Shown: piece after piece, positions 15,494-23,202 of the stretch
Position numbering within the stretch: the stretch's first letter is position 1
Layout of the letters: the number at the start of each line of letters is the position of its first letter
Source of the DNA: Faecalispora sporosphaeroides DSM 1294
GTDB lineage: Bacteria > Bacillota > Clostridia > Oscillospirales > Acutalibacteraceae
Direction of reading: 5' to 3'
Length of the DNA: 32,000 nt
Assembly (NCBI RefSeq): GCF_000383295.1
Contig: NZ_KB911066.1
Span: forward strand, 546,836-578,835
Translations under genes and position numbers: made by a program
Notes under the pieces: model-generated
The model's input: the letters and a program-made list of their open reading frames with translations, nothing else
Told to the model about the DNA's origin: nothing
Database searches by the model: none

Positions 15494-16825
15494 ATGGATT
15501 TATACTATCCCTCTTACTTATACAGCAAAAAACAGTTTTTAAAGGACTATGCTCTGGCGGTGGAAAAGGGAGTGATTCAAAAAGTGAGCCCCTTCGCCGA
15601 GCTGCGGGCGCAGTTCCCGAACAGCTATGTACACCGGTGGGAAAACCAGGTGCTGCTGCCGGGCACGGTCAACGCGCACAACCACTCCTTTCAAAGCCTG
15701 CTGCGCGGAATCGCGGCAGACCGCCCTTTTCTGGAATGGCGCGACTGTTCCCTGTACCGCTACTCCCCCAGAATGCGGCTGGAGGACATTTATAACGGAG
15801 CGGTGTTCGCGTTTTCCGAAATGCTGCAATGCGGCGTGACGACCGTGTCGGATTTTTTTTACCTGCATAATTACGGCACGGAAAGCGACGAGGCGATCAT
15901 CCGCGCCGCACGGGATGTCGGGATTCGTCTGGTACTGGCCAGAACCATGTACGACTGGAACGGCGCGCCGGAGGGTTACCGCGAAACGGTATCTCAGGCG
16001 GTGGAGCGAACGAAAGCACTGGCACGGATGCACCGGGATGATCCCATGGTAACGGTGCTGCCCGCGCCGCACAGTCTGCACGCCGCCTCGCCGGAAATGA
16101 TTCAGGCCGGCTATGAGCTGGCGAAGGAGCTTGGAACAGGATTCCACATTCATGTGGCGGAGGAACGTTTCGAGGTCGAGGAGGTCAAGGCGGCGCACAA
16201 CGGCCTGCACCCGATCGAATATCTGGATCAGCTGGGTGTTGTGGACGAACGCATGATGATGATTCACGGCGTGTGGCTCAAGGACAGTGAAATCGATCTG
16301 GCCGGGTCACGCGGCGCAAAGCTGGCCTACTGCCCCTCGAGCAATATGTTCTTGGCGGACGGCATCACCGACATTCCCCGCATGGTAAATAGCGGCGTGA
16401 CCGTTGCTTTGGGCAGCGACGGCGCCTGCGGCAACAACCGGATCAGCGTGCTGGAGGAAATGCGCATGGTTTCGCTGCTACAAAAGGCCCATACGCTCAA
16501 CGCCCTCTGCGTCAACTACGAGCAGGCGTTTGAAATGGGAACGGCGGCAGGCGGCCGGGCGCTGGGCCTGCCCGTGGGTGAGATTGCGCGCGGCTGCTAC
16601 GCGGATTTCTTCGGGGTCGATCTGGGAGATTTGTCCATGCAGCCCCTGAGCGCCTCTATGGAGCAGCTTCTGCCGAACATCGTTTATTCCATGCAGCCCT
16701 CGGCGATTCAGAACGTCGTCGTCAACGGGAAGCGGGTTTACAGCTGCGGCGATTTTCTCACGATCCAAAAATCGCGGGTTCTGCTAAAAATCAAGGACAC
16801 GATGGAGCACCTGCAAAGCGCCTGA
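15494..16825 (+). CDS. Amidohydrolase-superfamily enzyme, deaminase-like (HutF / 8-oxoguanine deaminase / chlorohydrolase group)
   Basis: ATG immediately follows the upstream TAA. Motifs PGTVNAHNHSFQSLLRG, FHIHVAEE, IHGVWL, CPSSNMFLADG and LGSDGA are present. Confidence 0.8.
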   Translation: MDLYYPSYLYSKKQFLKDYALAVEKGVIQKVSPFAELRAQFPNSYVHRWENQVLLPGTVNAHNHSFQSLLRGIAADRPFLEWRDCSLYRYSPRMRLEDIYNGAVFAFSEMLQCGVTTVSDFFYLHNYGTESDEAIIRAARDVGIRLVLARTMYDWNGAPEGYRETVSQAVERTKALARMHRDDPMVTVLPAPHSLHAASPEMIQAGYELAKELGTGFHIHVAEERFEVEEVKAAHNGLHPIEYLDQLGVVDERMMMIHGVWLKDSEIDLAGSRGAKLAYCPSSNMFLADGITDIPRMVNSGVTVALGSDGACGNNRISVLEEMRMVSLLQKAHTLNALCVNYEQAFEMGTAAGGRALGLPVGEIARGCYADFFGVDLGDLSMQPLSASMEQLLPNIVYSMQPSAIQNVVVNGKRVYSCGDFLTIQKSRVLLKIKDTMEHLQSA

Positions 16826-16926
16826 CCGGAGCAATCGCCCCGATGAACAGATACCAAACGGAGCGCGTCCCTTCCCCGCCCGCGGCGGAGAATATGCCGG
16901 CGCACTGCCGATCAAAGGAGGAAGCT

Positions 16927-18132
16927 ATGAAACTGACAGCACAAGAGCAAGCCATGCTCGACGGAGAATATGGAACCGGAGTTCAGCTGGCCATGAAGGT
17001 GCAGGTTGCGGTGGGCGAAAGCTACGACGCACCTTACATGGTACCCATTACCCGGGCTCACGTGGCTCTGAGCAATCAGGAGGCCGACCTGTGGTTTGTG
17101 GAAAAGCTCGTCAACGGCGGCGCCGTTTGCCGGGTTCGCCCCACGGTAAACCCCAGCTTCAACTGGGAGCAGTTCAAGGAGTTTACCACGTTGGAGGCGG
17201 AGGACGAAGAAATCGTGCGGCGTACGCACGAGGCCTACAAAAAAATCGGCGCGATCATGACCTACAACTGTACCCCCTACCTGGAAAAGAACGTCCCCCG
17301 CTTCGGGGAGATCACCGCGTTTTCGGAATCCAGCGCCACGCCGTTTGTCAATTCGGTGTACGGAGCCAGAAGCAACCGGGAGGCCGCCGTCAGCGCCCTG
17401 TGCGCCGCCGTGACCGGCGTGGTGCCGTATTACGGCTATCTGCTTAACGAGAACCGCAGGGGCCAGATTCTGGTGGAAGTGGAAGCGGAAATGAAAAGCG
17501 ATTTCGATTATCAGCTGCTGGGGTACTGCACCCCGAAAAAGACCGGCTTTAAGCTCCCCGTGTTCAGCGGATTGAAAAATCCCGGGAAAGAAGCGCTGAT
17601 GAATCTGGGGGCGCAGCTCAATACCGGCGGAAATGTGGCGATGTACCATATTCTCGGCTTTACGCCGGAGGCCCAAACCATGGAGGCCGCCTTTCAGGGC
17701 AAAGAGCCGGAGGCGGTGGTCAGAATCACGCAGGAGGATCTGGACATCATGCGCGGTGAGCTGACGGATCCCTACGGCAAAATCGACTTTGCGCTCTTCG
17801 GGTGTCCTCACCTGACGATCGACCAGATCGCGACGGTCGCCGGGATGGTTCAGGGGAAGCGTCTGGCGGTGCCGCTGTTTATCATGACCTCCTCGCTTTC
17901 TTACGTGCTGGCGGAAAAGATGGATTACATGCGGATCATACGCGAGGCCGGCGGCTGGATCGTTTCGGACACATGCATGGATCAGCCCTGTTGGAAGTTC
18001 CTGTATGGCAAAAAGGGAGTTACGGATTCCCCAAAATGCGCTTACTACACCCGCCGCCGCCAGATGCAGTTTGTGATTACCGAGCTGGAAAACGCCGTAA
18101 CGGCCGCTTTGGAAGGAGAGATTACCCTATGA
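16927..18132 (+). CDS. Aconitase X, large/catalytic subunit (DUF521)
   Basis: AAAGGAGG precedes ATG 16927; the tracked start at 16843 is an extension. N-terminus MKLTAQEQAMLDGEYGTGVQLAMKV...ITRAHV. Three Cys contexts: YNCTPY, FGCPH, SDTCM. Confidence 0.8.
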   Translation: MKLTAQEQAMLDGEYGTGVQLAMKVQVAVGESYDAPYMVPITRAHVALSNQEADLWFVEKLVNGGAVCRVRPTVNPSFNWEQFKEFTTLEAEDEEIVRRTHEAYKKIGAIMTYNCTPYLEKNVPRFGEITAFSESSATPFVNSVYGARSNREAAVSALCAAVTGVVPYYGYLLNENRRGQILVEVEAEMKSDFDYQLLGYCTPKKTGFKLPVFSGLKNPGKEALMNLGAQLNTGGNVAMYHILGFTPEAQTMEAAFQGKEPEAVVRITQEDLDIMRGELTDPYGKIDFALFGCPHLTIDQIATVAGMVQGKRLAVPLFIMTSSLSYVLAEKMDYMRIIREAGGWIVSDTCMDQPCWKFLYGKKGVTDSPKCAYYTRRRQMQFVITELENAVTAALEGEITL

Positions 18133-18551
18133 GCAAGACGTTTGAGTGCCATAAGATTTCGGAGGGTCAGGCCAAGGGCGAGGTGCTCATTTCTACCGAC
18201 GATTTCTGCTTTTATCTGGTCGACCCGCAAACCGGGGTGGTCATCGAAAAAAATCACTGTCTGTACGGGCAGAGCATCGCGGGCAAAATTCTGCTGTTCC
18301 CCAACGGAAAGGGCAGCTCCGTGGTGCAAACAGACGGTATGTTTCAATTAAAGATGAAGGGCACCGAGCCCAAGGCGCTGGTGATTCAGAATCCGGACAC
18401 CACCCTGGTGGCAAGTGCGATTTTGATGGAAATGCCGATGGTGGACCGGCTGGAGCCCGAGTTCTACCAAACCGTTCAAAACGGCGATTTGGCGGAGCTG
18501 GACGCCACAAACGGAGTGCTGAAGCTGCTCGGCAGGGAGGAGCGCGAATGA
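18129..18551 (+). CDS. Aconitase X, small/swivel subunit (DUF126)
   Basis: ATGA overlap with the large-subunit stop (18129-18132). Pattern GQSIAGKILLFPNGKGSSV ... PKALVIQNPDTTLVASAILMEMPMVD. It is hidden in the track inside the longer ORF 17802-18551. Confidence 0.8.
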   Translation: MSKTFECHKISEGQAKGEVLISTDDFCFYLVDPQTGVVIEKNHCLYGQSIAGKILLFPNGKGSSVVQTDGMFQLKMKGTEPKALVIQNPDTTLVASAILMEMPMVDRLEPEFYQTVQNGDLAELDATNGVLKLLGREERE

Positions 18552-19513
18552 AGCCGCTGTTCTGGTTTATCGACGAGGAATGGAAGGACTACGATATAGA
18601 AACCGCCGTTCTAAGAGAGCAGTACCCCGACTGTGAGCTGAAATTTTCCAATTATAATTACGAACGCGATCTGGAGGAATTCGGGTACCGTGCGGACGCA
18701 ATTATCGCGCAGGTGTACGCGCAGATTCCCGCCTCCACCATACAGCGCCTGCAAAGCTGCAAGGGAATCGCCGTACTTGGCGGCGGCTACGACCGTGTCG
18801 ACACGGCGGCAGCCCGGGAAAAGGGGATCTGCGTCACCAACGTGCAGGGCTACTGCGCGGAGGATTTGGCGGATTACGTTCTGGCGGCCATCTTCCATTT
18901 TTATAAGGGATTGACCGAATACCACAGCAAACTGCAAAGCGGAGCATGGGGCGCACAGGCAGTCGAGCGGCTGCCGAGGCGGATTTCACACTCTACGCTG
19001 CTCATCGTCGGATGCGGGCGGATCGGCCTCACCGTCGCAAAGCGCTGTCAAAGCCTTGGAATGAAAATCCTCGGCTACGACCCTGACCGGGACGCCGCCT
19101 TTTTGAAGGAGCGGGGCGTGAAAAAGGTTTCTTTGGAAGAAGGCTTGCGTTTGGCCGATTATGTGAGCGTCAATGTGCGGCTGGACGAAAGCACCGCCGG
19201 TCTTTTGGGAGAGCAGGAGTTTTCCCTCATGAAGAAAAGCGCGTATCTCATCAACACGGCCCGCGGCGCCGTTCTGAAAGAGGATGAGCTGATCCGCGCG
19301 CTGGAAGCCGGCACAATCGCCGGCGCGGTGCTGGATGTCATCACGCATGAGCCGCCCCGGGAGCAGGAACCGATTTTCAGCGCGCCAAATTGTGTGGTCA
19401 CACCGCACGTTTCGTACATTTCGCAGGAATCCTTTGAGGAGCTGCGCGGCCGGGCCGCCTGGAACGCCATTCAAATGCTGCGCGGGGAACAACCGGCAGA
19501 CCTGGTGAACTGA
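18548..19513 (+). CDS. D-isomer-specific 2-hydroxyacid dehydrogenase (CtBP/phosphoglycerate-dehydrogenase-like)
   Basis: ATGA overlap with the AcnX small subunit (18548-18551). Motifs VGCGRIG, NTARG, LDVITHEP and TPHVSY are present. Confidence 0.85.
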   Translation: MKPLFWFIDEEWKDYDIETAVLREQYPDCELKFSNYNYERDLEEFGYRADAIIAQVYAQIPASTIQRLQSCKGIAVLGGGYDRVDTAAAREKGICVTNVQGYCAEDLADYVLAAIFHFYKGLTEYHSKLQSGAWGAQAVERLPRRISHSTLLIVGCGRIGLTVAKRCQSLGMKILGYDPDRDAAFLKERGVKKVSLEEGLRLADYVSVNVRLDESTAGLLGEQEFSLMKKSAYLINTARGAVLKEDELIRALEAGTIAGAVLDVITHEPPREQEPIFSAPNCVVTPHVSYISQESFEELRGRAAWNAIQMLRGEQPADLVN

Positions 19514-19689
19514 GTTTTTCGCCTTTATGAGGGGGCATGCTCTTTCATAAAAATACAGCTTCGCTTGAAAACGGACTGCGGCTTCTCCTCCTGCGGCGGA
19601 AAAGCCGATGACCTCTCAAACAGGCCATTTCAAGGGAAAGCACAACACATGCGAAAATGAAATTGAGACAGGATGAAGGAGAATCTACT

Positions 19690-20748
19690 ATGAGAAAAGC
19701 ATCTGCAAAAATTATTTCTCTGGCTCTAGCCGCCGCCATGAGCACTTCGCTTCTGGCCGGCTGTTCCGGCGGCAGCACAAGCAAGGCCCCGGCGGAAAGC
19801 GGCGCCGCCTCGCAGAGCGCGGCATCCGGCGGCGTTTACGACGGTACCGTCACGCTGGCGCATTCCAGCTGGATCGGCTTCTACCCGCTTGATCTGGCTG
19901 TGGAAAAAGGGTTCTTTAAAAATCACGGCGCAGACGTAAAGGTAGAAATCATCGAAAGCAAATCCGACAGCAAAAGTGCTCTTGCCGCCGGCAAAATTCA
20001 GGGCATTGCCACCTCGCTGGATACCAACATCATGAGCGCCGCCAGCGGAATCGACCTGCAGGTGGTTCTGGCGCTCGACACCTCCTCCGGCGGCGACGGC
20101 CTGGTTGCGAAAAAAGAGTTTAAAAGCTTTGAGGATCTGAAGGGCAAGACCATCGCGCTCGACACAACCGGGGGCGCGAGCTTCTTCTGGTTCAACTACC
20201 TGCTCAAGGAAAAGAACCTGTCCATGAGCGACTTTGACGTGCAGTCCATGGGCTCCGGCGACGCGGGCGCCGCGTTTGCCGCCGGCAAGGTGGACGCCGC
20301 CATGACCTGGCAGCCCTGGCTCGACAACGCAAAGAAAACCACCTTCGGCCAGGTACTGCTCTCCAGCAGCGAATATCCCGGCGTTATTGTGGACGCTCTC
20401 GGCCTGAGCACCGATTTCGTCCAGAAATACCCCGAGACAACGCAGGCCATCATCGACGGCTGGAACGACGCGATCGATTACATGAAGAGCAACCCGGACG
20501 ACGCGTATAAAATCATGAGCGTACCCGCGGGCATGAAACCGGACGCCCTGAAAGCCGCCTGCGAAACAGAGGTTCAGTTCTACGACAAGGCCGGCAACAA
20601 GAGCTATTTTGGAACCGCGGAAAACAAGGGCGACATTTACAAAATTTCTGAATTTGCCGCACAGCTTTGGGTCGACACCAAAATGGTAAGCAGCAAAGCA
20701 GATATTGATAAGGTACTGAATTCCACCTTTGTGAACGCCGCCAAATAA
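19690..20748 (+). CDS. ABC transporter substrate-binding lipoprotein, NMT1/SsuA (NitT/TauT) type
   Basis: AAGGAG RBS before the Met of MRKASAKIISLALAAAMSTSLLAGCSG (lipobox LAGC). Ser/Ala-rich linker. The neighbouring permease and ATPase are of NitT/TauT type. Confidence 0.75.
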   Translation: MRKASAKIISLALAAAMSTSLLAGCSGGSTSKAPAESGAASQSAASGGVYDGTVTLAHSSWIGFYPLDLAVEKGFFKNHGADVKVEIIESKSDSKSALAAGKIQGIATSLDTNIMSAASGIDLQVVLALDTSSGGDGLVAKKEFKSFEDLKGKTIALDTTGGASFFWFNYLLKEKNLSMSDFDVQSMGSGDAGAAFAAGKVDAAMTWQPWLDNAKKTTFGQVLLSSSEYPGVIVDALGLSTDFVQKYPETTQAIIDGWNDAIDYMKSNPDDAYKIMSVPAGMKPDALKAACETEVQFYDKAGNKSYFGTAENKGDIYKISEFAAQLWVDTKMVSSKADIDKVLNSTFVNAAK

Positions 20749-20782
20749 CAGGCAGGACAATCGAAATAAAACCCATCCTTCT

Positions 20783-20826
20783 CTGGGGAGAGCGCTCCGC
20801 TCTCCCCAGGAGATGTTGTTATTTGG
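20783..20826 (+). terminator. Stem-loop / partial terminator after the SBP gene
   Basis: CTGGGGAGAGC (20783-20793) pairs with GCTCTCCCCAG (20799-20809): 11-bp GC-rich stem, 5-nt loop. It is followed by GAGATGTTGTTATTT. Confidence 0.55.
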
Positions 20827-20882
20827 AGCAAAGTGTGCCGCAGGGAACGGCAGACGGCGCCCTGACGAAAGGAGCTCGTGCT

Positions 20883-21755
20883 ATGGCAGAAAAAACGACG
20901 GCGGTTCCCGCCGCGGCCCTGACCACAAAATCCGCAAAACGAGAAACGGGGAACAAATCGATGTTTGGCGATAAAATAACAGCAGCCTTTCAGCCAAAAG
21001 GGAAAATCAAACAAAATACCGCCATGATTCTCGGCATTGTGGCCTTTCTTCTCATTTTGATTTTATGGAGCGGCCTGAGCTACGGAAAAATGGTCGATCC
21101 GCTCTTTTTACCCACCCCTACCGCCACTCTTCAGGCAAGCCTGCAGCTGTTTGGCAGCGGCTTCTGGACGGACATCGGCATGACGGTGTTCCGCGTAATG
21201 ACCGGATTTGTCATCGCGGCGGTCGTGGCGATTCCTCTGGGGGTGCTCATCGGAACCTACGCGCCGATCTCGGCCTTTTTTGAGCCGGTGTTTTCGTTCG
21301 TGCGCTATATGCCGGCCTCGGCCTTCATTCCTCTGTTCATCTTCTGGATCGGCATCGGCGAAAGCGAGAAGGTCGCCATCATCATTCTGGGCAGCCTGCC
21401 GCAGCTGGTTCTGATGACCGCAACCAACATCCGCAACGTGCATTCCTCGCTGATCGAGGTTTCGTACACGCTTGGCACCAACCGCAAAAACGTGCTGTGG
21501 AAGGTCATCCTCCCCAAGGCGATGCCGGATATTACCGACACGCTGCGCATCGTGCTCGGCTGGGCCTGGACGTACGTGATCGTGGCCGAAATGGTGGGCG
21601 CGTCCTCCGGCATCGGCTTTAAGATTCTGCAGGCGCAGCGCACCGTGGACGTGGGAAAAATCTTTGTGGGGATTCTGATTCTTGGCCTGATCGGCCTGAT
21701 GATCGATAACCTGCTGCTGTTCCTGAACAAAAAGCTGTACCCGTGGAACGAATGA
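20883..21755 (+). CDS. ABC transporter permease (NitT/TauT family)
   Basis: AAAGGAG lies 9 nt before ATG 20883. An alternative start at 20961 (MFGDK) cannot be excluded. Polytopic, with the EAA-like loop EVSYTLGTNRKNVLWKVILPKAMP. Confidence 0.8.
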   Translation: MAEKTTAVPAAALTTKSAKRETGNKSMFGDKITAAFQPKGKIKQNTAMILGIVAFLLILILWSGLSYGKMVDPLFLPTPTATLQASLQLFGSGFWTDIGMTVFRVMTGFVIAAVVAIPLGVLIGTYAPISAFFEPVFSFVRYMPASAFIPLFIFWIGIGESEKVAIIILGSLPQLVLMTATNIRNVHSSLIEVSYTLGTNRKNVLWKVILPKAMPDITDTLRIVLGWAWTYVIVAEMVGASSGIGFKILQAQRTVDVGKIFVGILILGLIGLMIDNLLLFLNKKLYPWNE

Positions 21756-21774
21756 CAGAAAGAGAGGGATTGTT

Positions 21775-22593
21775 ATGCAGACAGCGGTAATGGAAACCAC
21801 CGCCAAGCGCCCACATCAGGGGCTTGAAATCAAGAACGTCTCAAAGCTGTTTCAGAGCGAGAAAGGCCCGGTAAAGGCTCTCGATGGAATTAACCTCCAC
21901 GTGCGCTCCAAGGAATTTTTAACCCTGCTGGGAACCTCGGGCTGCGGTAAATCCACGCTGCTGCGCATCATTGGCGGGCTCGAAACCGCCAGCAGCGGCA
22001 CCATCAGCTATAAGCAGCAGGAGCTCAGGGGCGCGGGCTCGGACAGAGGCATGGTGTTCCAGAATTACACCCTCTTCCCGTGGCTGACCGTTCTGGAAAA
22101 CATCGAATTCGGATTAAAGCAGAAAAACGTGCCCGCAAAGGAGCGCCGGGAAATCGCGGAAAAATATGTGGACCTGGTCGCGCTGCGCGGCTTTGAATCG
22201 CTGTACCCCAAATCGCTTTCCGGCGGCATGAAGCAGAGGGTGGCAATTGCCAGAGCGCTGGCCAACGACCCCGATATTCTCCTGCTGGACGAACCGTTCG
22301 GCGCGCTGGATATGCAGACCCGCGAGCTGATGCAGGAGCTGCTGCTGAATGTATGGCAGCAGTCCCCGAAAACGATCATTATGGTCACACATGATATCGA
22401 CGAGGCGATTCTTTTGGCAGACCGCGTGGTGGTCATGTCCGCAAGGCCCGGCCGGGTCAGAGAGATCATCGACGTGGGGCTTGAGCGACCCCGCGATCAC
22501 CACACCCGCCTGACGCAGGAGTTTTTGCAGTATAAGGAGCGCGCCTCCGAACTGATCCGCGAAGAAAGCCTGCGCCTGATGAACGCGATCTGA
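21775..22593 (+). CDS. ABC transporter ATP-binding protein (NitT/TauT family)
   Basis: Walker A GTSGCGKST, signature LSGGMKQRVAIARAL, Walker B LLLDEPFGALD. Confidence 0.9.
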   Translation: MQTAVMETTAKRPHQGLEIKNVSKLFQSEKGPVKALDGINLHVRSKEFLTLLGTSGCGKSTLLRIIGGLETASSGTISYKQQELRGAGSDRGMVFQNYTLFPWLTVLENIEFGLKQKNVPAKERREIAEKYVDLVALRGFESLYPKSLSGGMKQRVAIARALANDPDILLLDEPFGALDMQTRELMQELLLNVWQQSPKTIIMVTHDIDEAILLADRVVVMSARPGRVREIIDVGLERPRDHHTRLTQEFLQYKERASELIREESLRLMNAI

Positions 22594-22617
22594 TCCCTTC
22601 AGAAAAGAGGTGCCGTT

Positions 22618-23202
22618 TTGATTCAGCTGATTCCGCGCGCGCGGCAAAAAACGACGAAATGGTCGGGAGGGGAAACCTCTGAGCTGTTTATTGATCCGCC
22701 GCAGGCTTCGTTAGCGGCACAGGATTTTCTCTTTCGGATCAGCACCGCCTCGGTTGCCTGCGGTGCCAGTGAGTTTACCCTGTTCCCGCAAAAGCAGCGA
22801 ATTCTTCTTTTGCTGGAGGGGGACATCACGCTGACCTTTCGCGAGGGAGAAAGCATCCGCCTGAAGCCGATGCAGAGCGCCGCGTTTTCCGGCGCGTGGC
22901 ATACCCAGAGCCGGGGAACCGGGAGGAATCTCAACCTGATCCTCTTGCCGTCTGCCAAAGGGTCTGTTAAAGTGATAAAGCTCCGCCCCGGAAAAGTGTG
23001 GCGTTTTTCGCCGCAAACCCGCTTTACCGGGCTGTATTTCCCGTTCGGTTCGGCACACGTGACCGCCGGGGATTCCGGCTATTCCATACAAAAAAGAGAT
23101 TTCTTGTTGATTTCCAATCCTGCAGAAGGTATGATATTTGATGTGGATACGCTCTGCGAGCAGTATCTGATCATGACGGGAGTGGAGCTTGATGACCAAT
23201 AG
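22618..23202 (+). CDS. HutD-family protein
   Basis: TTG start, with AGAGGTG 5 nt upstream. Pattern TKWSGGETSELFIDP ... FLFRISTASVACGASEFTLFPQKQRILLLLEG ... RNLNLIL resembles HutD/Ves. Confidence 0.65.
   Translation: MIQLIPRARQKTTKWSGGETSELFIDPPQASLAAQDFLFRISTASVACGASEFTLFPQKQRILLLLEGDITLTFREGESIRLKPMQSAAFSGAWHTQSRGTGRNLNLILLPSAKGSVKVIKLRPGKVWRFSPQTRFTGLYFPFGSAHVTAGDSGYSIQKRDFLLISNPAEGMIFDVDTLCEQYLIMTGVELDDQ

Noticed and set aside
16843-16926. N-terminal extensions suggested by the ORF track, including 955-1035, 2565-2621, 3226-3456, 4395-4478, 17802-18128, 11359-11397, 12492-12506, 13620-13664, 27674-27718 and 31671-31694.
   Set aside because: In each case an internal ATG preceded by a GGAGG-type RBS at 5-9 nt coincides with the start of the recognisable protein family. 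The extension is either non-family sequence or overlaps the previous gene.
19726-20760. 344-aa antisense ORF. Similar long shadow ORFs include 93-716(-), 1042-1830(-), 5436-6272(-), 7927-8859(+), 8863-9630(+), 14534-15400(-), 15539-16267(-), 16912-17811(-), 21108-21806(-), 25777-26583(-), 27053-27955(+), 28192-28860(+) and 30921-31475(+).
   Set aside because: Each lies fully inside a gene with clear family motifs on the opposite strand. They have Arg/Gly/His/Pro-rich low-complexity translations and lack RBSs. These are typical stop-poor antisense frames in high-GC DNA.
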